From IMG/VR virus record IMGVR_UViG_3300030107_002332: DNA of 64,000 nt, one strand, 5' to 3'. How positions within the stretch are numbered: position 1 is the stretch's first letter; every line of letters starts with the position of its first letter. The position numbers were made by a program, and so were the translations under genes. The notes beneath the pieces are model-generated. The model ran no database searches. It was not told the DNA's origin and saw only the letters and a list, made by a program, of their open reading frames with translations. Positions 35,190-45,481 of this stretch are shown here, in pieces. This stretch comes from a virus.

Positions 35190-36581
35190 TTAGTAGTTCG
35201 GAATGTTAGTACCATAATCATATGATGCTGCCTGTGATGTTACAGAACTTGCAGATGCACAGTGAGCAGATGACATACCACCATGACCTTTCGGTTCAGT
35301 AGTTCCACCCAAGTTATTGTATTGGTCAGTATTATAGTTCACCTTGTAAGTGTTATTGTTCTGTGAACCATTATAGTTACCTAACATATAACCTTTTCTC
35401 ATACCCATCTGATAATTCTCCTCTCCAGTCCTACCAAAGTCAAGACCTCTTGTTGAAATACCAGTAGTATCATCATTTTTCTGCATACCGTTCTGGTTGT
35501 TATTACCAGTACCAACATACATGTGACCTATCATAGTAGACATGATCTTCTTCCAACCATCTCCACCAGGAGCATGTGCCCAAGAACACCAAGTCTCTGT
35601 ATTCCACCAGAAACCTTGTCTTGACCATGTATCTCCTCTCTTCTTCCATCCTTTCAATCTACCATGACCACCCCAAGTTGGGTCATCACCACCATCATAG
35701 TGATCGGGTGGGAATCCTGAAGTTCTCATAACCTCAGTCTTCAGGTTCATAACATCAGTTCTTGAGTTACCACCACCATATAGATATGAATTACCACCAG
35801 CAAATACATGGTCTTGGAATGAACCCATAGAGTTCCTATTCACTGTCATATCCCATGAACCTTGGTGTGTTCTACCAGATTCAGTTGCCATATTATAGGC
35901 AGAAGTATAGTTAGATGATGCTCTGAAACTGTTGTCGAATGAATGACAGAAGTGTGTAATATCATTCCATGATCCAGAGAAATATCCTCCAGATCTATCA
36001 ATGATATCACCAATATTTGTTGTTACGTCAGTAGAGTGAACAGTTCTGTTTACAGTTCTCCATGCAGAAGAGTTCTTATATCCTCCAGCAACATAACCAT
36101 GTGTCCAGATTCTTGCACTTGACCAATCATTATCACCAGCATCAAATGCCCAATATGTATTAGTACCATCTGATTTTAGTGTAGCACCAACAGAATAATC
36201 TGTGCTATATCTATCAGCAGACTGGTCTGGAAATCCTCCTCCACCTGAACCTGCAATCGGTCCCCATTCAACTACGTTTGTACTTGCATTAAGTGAGTAA
36301 CCTTCAAAGGTTCTATCTGTACTATTGTATCTGAATAGACCTTCTACTGCGGTTGCTGGTCTTTGGGCGGTTGTACCTACAGGTACTTTGACTGCATCAG
36401 TAGCATTAATATCTAAACCATAAGACGGAGATGAATCGTTAATACCTATACGATTGTTACCTGCATCAATATAAAGTGTTCCAGAGTCAAAACTAAAGTT
36501 GCCACTAGATTCCAAGTCAATTCGAGCAGTTCCACCACCACCTGCTAGAGATACAATTTTATCGACATTTAACTGTGACAT
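35190..36581 (-). CDS. Tail-fibre / receptor-binding protein with Kelch-like propeller, copy A
   Basis: N-terminal RIGIN.SSP and VPVGTTAQRP...FRYNS fibre module; C-terminal THGYVAGGYKN propeller. Confidence 0.75.
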   Translation of the reverse strand: MSQLNVDKIVSLAGGGGTARIDLESSGNFSFDSGTLYIDAGNNRIGINDSSPSYGLDINATDAVKVPVGTTAQRPATAVEGLFRYNSTDRTFEGYSLNASTNVVEWGPIAGSGGGGFPDQSADRYSTDYSVGATLKSDGTNTYWAFDAGDNDWSSARIWTHGYVAGGYKNSSAWRTVNRTVHSTDVTTNIGDIIDRSGGYFSGSWNDITHFCHSFDNSFRASSNYTSAYNMATESGRTHQGSWDMTVNRNSMGSFQDHVFAGGNSYLYGGGNSRTDVMNLKTEVMRTSGFPPDHYDGGDDPTWGGHGRLKGWKKRGDTWSRQGFWWNTETWCSWAHAPGGDGWKKIMSTMIGHMYVGTGNNNQNGMQKNDDTTGISTRGLDFGRTGEENYQMGMRKGYMLGNYNGSQNNNTYKVNYNTDQYNNLGGTTEPKGHGGMSSAHCASASSVTSQAASYDYGTNIPNY

Positions 36582-36603
36582 GTTTTAATTCTATCCTTCG
36601 TAT

Positions 36604-36611
36604 TATTTATA
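36604..36611 (-). promoter_or_regulatory. T4-type late promoter TATAAATA
   Basis: Exact match 23 nt upstream of 36581; would drive cassette copy A. Confidence 0.75.
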
Positions 36612-36614
36612 GTC

Positions 36615-37622
36615 TTACCTAACCCAGATTTCTGCTCTGATAGTTCTATTCACACCTGTAGTGTTTTGACAACACCAAATGTGGTCACCAGCAGAGGAAT
36701 TTGCCCTATCAACGGCAATACCACCAGAAACGTCGTTAGATCCTTGGTCACCTTCATTGTTCCAACCAAATCCCCAACGTACTCGGTTACTACCATTACC
36801 AGTATAGTTAAAACCATACCATTGGTATCCACCCTGAGATGAGAATCCAGATCCTTGGAACATACTTTCTCCACGAGGATTACCAGATAATTGTCCATTA
36901 CTCTGGAATCTACTAAGACAAGTAGAACTTTGTCCTGTTACATACCAACTCCATCCATTACCATATCCTCCTGCTTGTCCTCCATTATTGAGGTCAGGGA
37001 AGATTGCCATGAAATTTTCTGCTTCAAAGTAATTGAATACATCATACTTTGCATCAGCATCATTTCTTGACATATCAGTCTCATTATATGTATTAGTTGA
37101 TGTCCAATAATTTGTATCATAATCAAATCTACTACCACGTGTACACTTCCATGCTAACATCCATCCACCACCTTGGAAACCTGGATCTAATGCACAGTAA
37201 GTTTGTTTAACACCAATAGAGGGTAAGTTAATATAATATGCACCATTAGTAGTATTACCAGAGTCACGTAGTTGTTTTGCTGAAGTAGCAGGATTTGCTT
37301 CTGATCCTAATGGTTGTGTATTTTGTCCAAATCCTGCAGGTTTACTAAAACCTTCAAGAATATTAATCCATCCTGAACCATTATAACATTCTAAGTAGTT
37401 AGTTTCAATATTTACCCTTATCATTCCTGCTTGAGGACTTGACGGGCGTTGTGCTGTTGTCCCGTATGGTACAGAAAATGCAGATTGATTATGCATATCA
37501 TAAGTACCAGCAACAATTATATTGTTACTCGAATCCATCTCAACTGTAAAGTTGTTATCAGATCCTGCTTCTATTTGATTGACGACAAGTTTACTCATAG
37601 TTAGTGATAGAAAAACAACCAA
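36615..37622 (-). CDS. Tail-fibre subunit with fibrinogen-like C-terminal domain
   Basis: VPYGTTAQRP...GMIRVN, then NGAYYI...QTYCALD...GGGWMLAWK. Likely start is MSKLVV at 37598. Confidence 0.75.
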   Translation of the reverse strand: MVVFLSLTMSKLVVNQIEAGSDNNFTVEMDSSNNIIVAGTYDMHNQSAFSVPYGTTAQRPSSPQAGMIRVNIETNYLECYNGSGWINILEGFSKPAGFGQNTQPLGSEANPATSAKQLRDSGNTTNGAYYINLPSIGVKQTYCALDPGFQGGGWMLAWKCTRGSRFDYDTNYWTSTNTYNETDMSRNDADAKYDVFNYFEAENFMAIFPDLNNGGQAGGYGNGWSWYVTGQSSTCLSRFQSNGQLSGNPRGESMFQGSGFSSQGGYQWYGFNYTGNGSNRVRWGFGWNNEGDQGSNDVSGGIAVDRANSSAGDHIWCCQNTTGVNRTIRAEIWVR

Positions 37623-38635
37623 TACATGTGATTTTGACCACCAGGATTATTAATACCCCATGATCCAGACCAGTTTGGTTCTGGGAAATTTTGTTCAGAG
37701 TAGTTATTATTAGTATTACCTACCCAAGCATGGTGCTCAACGTTACATCCATTAGATGAACATCCAAGAGCATTAATCATACTGAAAGTATAGTTTTCAC
37801 AATTAGCGGGTGATAAATGCCAGACATTATTAGGATCTAACTCACCACGAGAAGATGGTCTATATCTATTGTCTGAGGCACTTGCACTTCCTTTTAAGAA
37901 GGTCATGCCACCTATTTCAGTACCACCAATATTACCATGATTTGCTAAACTAATATGAGATTCAAACATGTTTTTCATGTTACCACCTCTATTAGTAAAG
38001 CACCCATTTATGTATGCTACTTCAGTAGATTGATCGTATGGTGTACCAGAAGTAGACCACCCTTGCATAATCAATACATCATTAGCACCATTCCATGCAT
38101 GATAGTGTCTGGACTTCCAATCAGTTTGCATCCAACTGTTTATTGATCCAAATGTAGTTGTATTAGACCAGTTACCATACCAACTATCACTACCACCAGT
38201 ATAAGTTCCGTGATTAGTATCATCTGCTATTGATGCTACTCCTACCCAATACTTACTATTAGTATCCTTGAAAACATATGCCTGTTCTGCTCCTCCACCA
38301 TCTAAATTAATATAAAATATTCCATTACCTGGGTTTGCAGATGCAATATTCGCCATTGTTGTAAATGGAGATCCTGCTGATCCATCTTCAGATCCAAATT
38401 CTTTCCAAGTACTACCTGTATATACTTCTACCGAAAGAGTACTAGTGTTCCACCTCATGTATCCTGCTTGAGGACTACCTGGACGTTGACCTGTTGTTCC
38501 TGATGGTAGTCTAACAGCACCATACCCATCATGGTAAACATTGCCGTTAACCTGGAGTGTATGACCAGAATTAACAGTTACTTGTCCAATTGTTTGAGCA
38601 ATCCCACCAAGACCACTTACGACAATTTTACTCAT
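37601..38635 (-). CDS. Tail-fibre subunit with lectin/fibrinogen-like C-terminal domain
   Basis: LPSGTTGQRP..PQAGYMRWN module; GIFYINLDGGG..QAYV...YWVGVA. Confidence 0.75.
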   Translation of the reverse strand: MSKIVVSGLGGIAQTIGQVTVNSGHTLQVNGNVYHDGYGAVRLPSGTTGQRPGSPQAGYMRWNTSTLSVEVYTGSTWKEFGSEDGSAGSPFTTMANIASANPGNGIFYINLDGGGAEQAYVFKDTNSKYWVGVASIADDTNHGTYTGGSDSWYGNWSNTTTFGSINSWMQTDWKSRHYHAWNGANDVLIMQGWSTSGTPYDQSTEVAYINGCFTNRGGNMKNMFESHISLANHGNIGGTEIGGMTFLKGSASASDNRYRPSSRGELDPNNVWHLSPANCENYTFSMINALGCSSNGCNVEHHAWVGNTNNNYSEQNFPEPNWSGSWGINNPGGQNHMYWLFFYH

Positions 38636-38657
38636 GAGATGAATACTTTTCTTTTAT

Positions 38658-39560
38658 TTATTTAACCCAGAGATATCCGTTAGAAGCACCTAAACTATCT
38701 TCACGGAAACCGCAGTTATTACCTGACTCTGGATGCCGACCCCAAGCAAAATATGTACCACCTGAAGTATGGTGGTCACCAAATCCTCTCGTACCAGTGT
38801 TCGGACCTCTATCGCTGATACCACCTTCATAAGTAAGTGTTATCCTTGTTCTTTCATTCTGATTAGATGCACTACTTAGTAGGTCAACAGTAGCATTACT
38901 ATCAATAAATACATTCTTATTAAATCCTGTTGCTTCCATCCAGTATCGTGTAGATCCAGTATAAGTTGATTCACCAACTAAAGCATTAATCCAACTATCT
39001 GACATTTTAGTAGTTGAACTATTAGTAAGTGTTGGACCTTGAGTACCAGTGATACGGACACCTCCTTGATTCATATGATCTTGACATGTTGCAGTACGAA
39101 CTGTTGCAACAAGAACCCATCCACCACTATTTCTTGAATTATCAACATACATTTGATATGCACCAGAATTTCCTGGACTAATCCAGTAAGTACCAGATGG
39201 TTGTCCAGATTCTAATATTTCCATACCAGACTTAGCAGCAGCACCCTGACTGGCACCAGGTAATGTTCCTGTAGGATATCCAGTTCCATCCTGCCAAACA
39301 CCATTATATACCATCTCCAGTTTATCTGTAGATGTATTAAATCTTAACTGTCCAATCTGAGGTTGTCTTCTCTTACCGTAACTTATCTCTCTATTTCTAA
39401 AATCTAATGGTGCACCATTTGGTAATGGAAGATAACTTTGTCCTGTAATTACAAGACTACTATCACCTTTAAACGCAAGATCAGTATCTTCTGGTACTGT
39501 TACAGTAAAATTAGGTGATAAACCTTCAATAAGTCCAACGTTAATCTTACCTGCTGCCAT
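38658..39560 (-). CDS. Tail-fibre subunit with fibrinogen-like C-terminal domain
   Basis: LPLPNG...PQIGQLRFNTSTDKLE module; SGTYWISP...QMYVDNSRNSGGWVLVA. Confidence 0.75.
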   Translation of the reverse strand: MAAGKINVGLIEGLSPNFTVTVPEDTDLAFKGDSSLVITGQSYLPLPNGAPLDFRNREISYGKRRQPQIGQLRFNTSTDKLEMVYNGVWQDGTGYPTGTLPGASQGAAAKSGMEILESGQPSGTYWISPGNSGAYQMYVDNSRNSGGWVLVATVRTATCQDHMNQGGVRITGTQGPTLTNSSTTKMSDSWINALVGESTYTGSTRYWMEATGFNKNVFIDSNATVDLLSSASNQNERTRITLTYEGGISDRGPNTGTRGFGDHHTSGGTYFAWGRHPESGNNCGFREDSLGASNGYLWVK

Positions 39561-39982
39561 TATCTAATACTCCATGATGCTCCGTTTTCTATCGTCACAG
39601 TAAAACCATTATTAATAGATACGGGACCAGCAGTCATTCCGTTGGTATACTTAGCATCTCCATTAGCAGTTGGTCCTATCGTAATATTTTCTACAATCGT
39701 TGGTGCATTAGTTCTTATAATACTATCAGTTCCTACAGCAGGTCCACCACCAGATATTGCTGCCCATCCAGCACTACCAGTACCATCATCTGCCTTGTAT
39801 ATCTCAGCAGCATCAGTATCACTGTTAAATCTTATCGTTCCTACACTAACACCAGTTGGTCTTTGTGCTGTAGTACCTGCTGGTACTCTCATAACACTAT
39901 TAGTGTTTAAGAAACTTAGAGTTGTTATAATTGCTTCTGTTGCAGTGGAAATCTGATTTCCACTAATTCTTGAAATTGCCAT
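39560..39982 (-). CDS. Short tail-fibre adaptor protein (140 aa)
   Basis: VPAGTTAQRP..VSVGTIRFNSD; C-terminal IRTN...ENITI...NGMTAGPVSINNGFTVTIENGASWSI. Confidence 0.75.
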   Translation of the reverse strand: MAISRISGNQISTATEAIITTLSFLNTNSVMRVPAGTTAQRPTGVSVGTIRFNSDTDAAEIYKADDGTGSAGWAAISGGGPAVGTDSIIRTNAPTIVENITIGPTANGDAKYTNGMTAGPVSINNGFTVTIENGASWSIR

Positions 39983-39986
39983 GAGA

Positions 39987-42900
39987 TTAGATAGGTAGTT
40001 CTAAGATGTGAACAGTATCAGATGATAGTGGTGCATCTCCAGAAGAGAATACAACGTTAGCACCGTTTGCATCAACTGTATAATTAGTTCCTGCTATTTG
40101 TGCTACACCATTTAAGAATACTAAGAGTGAATCATCAGAGTGTTTGATACCTCCACTATATGTAGTAACAGCAAACGTTAATTGAGTACCATTACCAGTG
40201 TAGGACTTAGTGATATATTTGTCTGAACCTACAACACCTCGACCAGTACCAACAAGGTCACCATCTATTCTTACAGAACCAAGTATATTAACTTTATAAG
40301 AAGAGTTAGGTGCAGTACCTAAACCAATATGTTGATTACCACTAAAGGTTTCAATATTAATTTGTCCAGTATCAGTTAAACCAAACTCTTTCCATACTTG
40401 GTTATAGTATATCCAACCAAGTGATTTACCTGGAGTCCAGTTGATATTATAAACTAAGTCACCATCAGCAGGTGTTGTATACCAAGGTATATTAGAGAAG
40501 TCTGGTAATCCAGTTGCTAACTCTGGTGCAAGTAATGTCTGCTTAATTACAGTACCATCTTGGTTGAAGTAAGATATTCTCTTAGATTGTAATTGACCTG
40601 TAAAGGTAGTTAATCCTTGGAATGTAACTGGACCTGCAAAGATTGATTCTAACTGGTTAGATGCACCACCAATTACGGTTAGTTTATCTGTTAGTACCAA
40701 TTCAGAGAAGGTTTCAATCGTAGTATTTTCTTCACCAACAACGTTTAACTGTGCAACGTCTTCACTTGTGATCTGACCTGTAACTGGGTTAATAACCTGG
40801 TTACCAATGTATAGATCACCTTGAGAGTTAAGTCCTGAGTAGAACGCAACTCCTGCTTCTTCTTTAATAGACTGAGAATATCTAACTTGGTTTGCAGATA
40901 GTGTCTCAACCTGAGTCTGAGGGAACGCTGTACTGTAGTTACCTGGTCCAAAACCAAGATATTCAAACGTATGGTTACCTGATCTTAGAATTGAGTGTCG
41001 TCTAAACTCTACGTTAATCGGTGCTACAGTACCATCATTATTAGATCTAATTTGTATCTTTCTTGTCTCTTCATCACCTGCTCTTGCAGTTAATTCTACG
41101 TTAGATAGTCTCTTATTAACTGAGTCATAGTTTGGTGTTGTACCTGGTTGACTCCAACCTGTATCTTCTAATAAGAATTCAATTGCTTCCTTAGTAATAG
41201 ATCTCTTAGGATCTAAATTAGGAGTTGGAGATGCACCATCTGTTGAATTTACCAATCCAATAGTTTGGTTATCTGCTACTGACTGAGCAGAAAGAGGGTC
41301 AGCAATAGGATTATCTCTGTCAAACGTTGGATAGACTTCATTAACGTTCTGTGAGAAGAATCTGTCATTGAAGTTAGAAGTTGAAGGTGCTATAGATGCA
41401 CATAAGAAGGTAATATAATAGATACCATCCTTGACACCTCTTTCAAATGGTTGAACAACTTCAATATTATAGATGTAATAACACTTACCTAACTTATATG
41501 CAGTAGTATCAGTGTTCAATGGTTGTAATACATAACCAGAGATAGGATCTCTTGGTAATGGATTAGTCTTATCCTTATCAATTACATACCTTACACGATA
41601 AGTTCTGTCATCCAAGTCTCTTGGGTCAGGTATTCTATTAAGGAATGTAGTTGGTGTAAAGTTAACTGTATTGTAGGTAGTATTAGTAGATAGAGTAGTA
41701 TATATTGTGTTATTTGTAGCATTAACAGATAGATACCAACCACCTACTGAGTTTGGTGCACCATTAATTGTATATGTTGCAGCATCATACTGAATAGGAG
41801 AACCAGCAGCACCAGCATCTAATCCAGATACACTTGGACCATAAGGTGATATACTTGCATAATGAACACTTGCAGCAGTTGCACCTTGAGCAACTAATAG
41901 ACAGTTAATCTTATCTGCTATAGCAGATGAACCAGTACCATCTTGTCTTGCACCGATTGTATAACCCTGTACTCTTGTTGTTGGTGGTGATGCTTGAGTT
42001 GTATAACCATATAAGTACAATCTTGTTCCAGGAGTACCACCCTGACCTGCTAATGCAGCGTTAATTGTTTTAGTTCTTGATATATCAATGTTAACCCAGT
42101 TAACAGAAGTTTCTTCACCAAATATTACATTACCATTAATAGTTGCAGTGTTAGTACCTGTCAGAGTAACAACTCTTGTATTAGTATTAACTGAACCAAC
42201 TGTTGCTCCTGTAGCAATACCTGTACCATAAACTGCTACACCTTCAATAACACCGTTGATAGATCCATCATTAGTAAGTGTAATTGTTGATGATCCATTA
42301 ACACCTGTAGCAGTAGTTGAAATAACATTAAGTGCTTTAGGTGGAACGATATGAGTTATAGCACCTGCCTTATCTTTAGAGAATGCTTTTGCTTTAAATC
42401 CAGCAGATCTAAGTGCGATACTACCAAAGTTACTATTACTGTTAGTAATAGACATGTCAGCACCTCTGAATGCAGAGAAGTGTGCAAAGTATCCAACAGC
42501 GAACACAGAAACTGCCTGAATGAAAGCATCATCCGATGCTCTAATGTGCATGTGTCCCCAACCTTTACGGTATTCAGCGAAACCGTCTAAGTGAGCACCA
42601 TCACCAGCAGTTGCTACATCATAGTTACCAGTTGATGCGTTATATCTAACGAATGCTCTGTCATCTTTTTGTAGTGATAGTCCAGTAAACTGTGCCACAA
42701 CCATTGATTTGAAACCAGTTGCTTTAGCACCGTTTGCATGCATACCATTCATACCCCACACACTTCTTAGTGATAGGTTGAATGCGTATGGTGATGCTGA
42801 GTCAACAGTATCAATCTCAGTCTTAACAGTTATGTTTGTACCTACAGCATTTCCTGTAGGTTCACTTGCCATCTGATAAGTAAAGACGTTACCTGATGCT

Positions 42901-43949
42901 GAAGTGACGGTGAAAGATCCGTTATACACTGTCGCATCAACTTCGGATTGTGGTCCCGTTGACCCTGTAACACCAGATATATTAATGTTAACGCCAACAG
43001 AGAAACCGTGATCTCTTGGGTTGTCGAATTCGTCAACAGTAACTGCTGTCGCAGTTTGACCATTTCTTGTGATTTGTAAGACTCTGTATTCATCAGAAAT
43101 AGGACCAACGATTCTGTTTTCTTCTACTCTTGCCTGTAATTGGTCTGTTGAAGGATCACCAGATGTATCAGGTATAGTAGCGAATGCTTTAGATACCTTC
43201 TGATAATATATGTCTAAGTCTGTTCTTGTTAGAATATTAGGAACAGCAGAATAATCTGCATTAGGTACAGTTCCTTGAGATATTAGTGTTGATAAGGGAT
43301 TTAGACCGTCTGCAAACTCAAAGCAGGTCAATCTATGGTGAGAAAATTTTGGAGGTATCGTTTCAACTGAATCGGGTTTAAAGTAGACCCCCTCTTCAAT
43401 ACCATCAAAGAATGAGAACTGCCAGAAATAAGTACCACCAGTTACCTTGAAGATTGCAGTAGTAGGAGGAACTTGTGCTTCAGTGTTAATACCTTTTGCA
43501 GCATATGTTGTAGGATAAGGTATATACATTGGTCGTATCTTTGTACGACGTAAGTCTAATCCAACAACAGAACAACCTCTGGGAACGATAACGCCTCCTT
43601 CGGTTGAGTTATACTTATATAATACGTTATTTGCAGATGTTAAATCTAAGTTTGAGTTAGAGTCAATAGGTGGAACATTGGTATATAAAACTTCACCAGG
43701 TCTATTGTCTATCTGATATTCAGCAGGATATAACATGATGCTGAATGCATCAAATTCGTCATTACTTAAACCAACTCTATATGAAAATCTTGCTACTTCT
43801 AAAAAGGCACGTTGCAACGTCTTAAATGGACGCAAAGCAGAGTTACCTCTGTTGTCAATCGCATCAGAAGCATCAAAGTCGTCTGGGTTGACGTAGATAA
43901 TACGTCCCGTACGGGACGTAATAATATTCTTTAACCTAGTTAGTGACAT
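39987..43949 (-). CDS. Long tail fibre / virion structural protein (1320 aa)
   Basis: IIYVNPDDFDASD...GNSALRPFKTLQRA, beta-helix-like middle region, C-terminal LLVFLNGVAQ..GTNYTV fibre motif. Confidence 0.8.
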   Translation of the reverse strand: MSLTRLKNIITSRTGRIIYVNPDDFDASDAIDNRGNSALRPFKTLQRAFLEVARFSYRVGLSNDEFDAFSIMLYPAEYQIDNRPGEVLYTNVPPIDSNSNLDLTSANNVLYKYNSTEGGVIVPRGCSVVGLDLRRTKIRPMYIPYPTTYAAKGINTEAQVPPTTAIFKVTGGTYFWQFSFFDGIEEGVYFKPDSVETIPPKFSHHRLTCFEFADGLNPLSTLISQGTVPNADYSAVPNILTRTDLDIYYQKVSKAFATIPDTSGDPSTDQLQARVEENRIVGPISDEYRVLQITRNGQTATAVTVDEFDNPRDHGFSVGVNINISGVTGSTGPQSEVDATVYNGSFTVTSASGNVFTYQMASEPTGNAVGTNITVKTEIDTVDSASPYAFNLSLRSVWGMNGMHANGAKATGFKSMVVAQFTGLSLQKDDRAFVRYNASTGNYDVATAGDGAHLDGFAEYRKGWGHMHIRASDDAFIQAVSVFAVGYFAHFSAFRGADMSITNSNSNFGSIALRSAGFKAKAFSKDKAGAITHIVPPKALNVISTTATGVNGSSTITLTNDGSINGVIEGVAVYGTGIATGATVGSVNTNTRVVTLTGTNTATINGNVIFGEETSVNWVNIDISRTKTINAALAGQGGTPGTRLYLYGYTTQASPPTTRVQGYTIGARQDGTGSSAIADKINCLLVAQGATAASVHYASISPYGPSVSGLDAGAAGSPIQYDAATYTINGAPNSVGGWYLSVNATNNTIYTTLSTNTTYNTVNFTPTTFLNRIPDPRDLDDRTYRVRYVIDKDKTNPLPRDPISGYVLQPLNTDTTAYKLGKCYYIYNIEVVQPFERGVKDGIYYITFLCASIAPSTSNFNDRFFSQNVNEVYPTFDRDNPIADPLSAQSVADNQTIGLVNSTDGASPTPNLDPKRSITKEAIEFLLEDTGWSQPGTTPNYDSVNKRLSNVELTARAGDEETRKIQIRSNNDGTVAPINVEFRRHSILRSGNHTFEYLGFGPGNYSTAFPQTQVETLSANQVRYSQSIKEEAGVAFYSGLNSQGDLYIGNQVINPVTGQITSEDVAQLNVVGEENTTIETFSELVLTDKLTVIGGASNQLESIFAGPVTFQGLTTFTGQLQSKRISYFNQDGTVIKQTLLAPELATGLPDFSNIPWYTTPADGDLVYNINWTPGKSLGWIYYNQVWKEFGLTDTGQINIETFSGNQHIGLGTAPNSSYKVNILGSVRIDGDLVGTGRGVVGSDKYITKSYTGNGTQLTFAVTTYSGGIKHSDDSLLVFLNGVAQIAGTNYTVDANGANVVFSSGDAPLSSDTVHILELPI

Positions 43950-43987
43950 TACCTATTTACGTGCTTTTAGTTATTTATTGATGGAAT

Positions 43988-45475
43988 CTAACCTGAACCA
44001 CCGCCACCAACTGTAGCAGCAGGATCGAAGACTCTTGTAGTAAAGGATGCAGCAGTATCCTCAAAACCAATCAAACTAAAGATATTGTTTTGTGAATTAC
44101 TTTCTACAACCAATCGCTCACCAGGTCCAATTACCAGAGAGGTAATCTTAATTACATTATTTGCAGCATTATCATTATTAATATAGAGATAGTTTGATGC
44201 CTCTACAGCAGCAGTTGCAACACCAACACTACTTACAGTTACCGTATTCCTTGTAGTAGAACCAACTTTCGGATTATCCCTGAAAGTATTAGTACCTGCA
44301 AAATCAGCAGAGTTAGTACCCTTGACAACATATGCAGTTGTACCGCTATAACTACGGATGTATCCATAAGGACCAGCAGTTACAGAAGATACTGTATATG
44401 TTGTACCACTATGAGTGAACTGATCTGAACCACCTGACCAATCTCCCTCAATGTCATAAACATATAATGAATCATATGAATATTCAGTTGAAGTTGTTAG
44501 TAGACGATCTGATCCACCATAGTTAGCATTAGCAGCAGTACCAGTACCACCATCATAGAAGTAATAACTTGATGATAAAGTGGAATTCGCTGAAAGATCA
44601 TATTGAACATACGCACCACTGGATCCAGCAGTACCATTGGTCGTTTTACCAGTAGTATATTCAGTACCATCATCAGAGTTACCAAATGTACCATCAGGAC
44701 CCCACTCACCATTAACAGTAGTAGATATATGGAAATCTCTACCACTCATTGAAGCATCAGCAACGTTGAAGCGATATGCTCTGTCACCAAATACTGTGAA
44801 CGTAGTACCTAAGTAAAGGTCATATGTACCACCAGCAGTTGTAGTTGAGAAAGCAAATTCATTATTTGCTGTACCAACACCACCAGATGCAATAGTACCA
44901 GTAGCACCACCAGATGCAGTTACAGAATCACCTGCAACAAATTCTGCTCCAGATCCAGCAAGTGTTGTAGGTCCGATATAAACATTAGTTGTACCAGATC
45001 CTACTGCTGCTGCATATATTGTTGCTGTTGCTGTATTACCACCACTTCCCTTAACTATAGTCTCTCCAACTGCGGGAGTACCACTAACTGATTCTAATGT
45101 TATCTGACGAATAGCAAATGTTTTTACGAATATTTCTGTATATGGTGCAATGTAATACGATTCAAACTTAAACGACTTTTCTCCAGTCGTTGATGTTAAT
45201 AATGTACTACCTGCTAATGTTGCAGCAGCAGGTACAGGAGTGTTAAGATTTACCCTATATCCTGAAACTATATCACCTTTATGTAATGCATAAGTTGATG
45301 CATCTAAAGTTAATTTTTGATCATAATCTTTAAGAGCGAGATCCCATTGGGATGCCGATCCATCGTTTGCAATATTTAATATAGCACTTGCGGAAGCGTC
45401 AATAGGTGCAGCATACAGGACTGTGTTCGTCGTACCTGCAGGTTTCGCTTGTGCTAAGAGTCCTTGATCTGCCAT
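43988..45475 (-). CDS. Virion structural protein (495 aa)
   Basis: Gly/Thr/Ser-rich beta protein in the late fibre block; a late-promoter-like AATAAATA lies just downstream (43972-43979), ahead of the next gene. Confidence 0.75.
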   Translation of the reverse strand: MADQGLLAQAKPAGTTNTVLYAAPIDASASAILNIANDGSASQWDLALKDYDQKLTLDASTYALHKGDIVSGYRVNLNTPVPAAATLAGSTLLTSTTGEKSFKFESYYIAPYTEIFVKTFAIRQITLESVSGTPAVGETIVKGSGGNTATATIYAAAVGSGTTNVYIGPTTLAGSGAEFVAGDSVTASGGATGTIASGGVGTANNEFAFSTTTAGGTYDLYLGTTFTVFGDRAYRFNVADASMSGRDFHISTTVNGEWGPDGTFGNSDDGTEYTTGKTTNGTAGSSGAYVQYDLSANSTLSSSYYFYDGGTGTAANANYGGSDRLLTTSTEYSYDSLYVYDIEGDWSGGSDQFTHSGTTYTVSSVTAGPYGYIRSYSGTTAYVVKGTNSADFAGTNTFRDNPKVGSTTRNTVTVSSVGVATAAVEASNYLYINNDNAANNVIKITSLVIGPGERLVVESNSQNNIFSLIGFEDTAASFTTRVFDPAATVGGGGSG

Positions 45476-45481
45476 TGTTAA

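Noticed and set aside
35190-39982. Diversity-generating retroelement (the GTTAQRP module recalls Mtd-type fibre N-termini)
   Set aside because: No reverse transcriptase and no template/variable repeat pair differing at adenines seen in the window.
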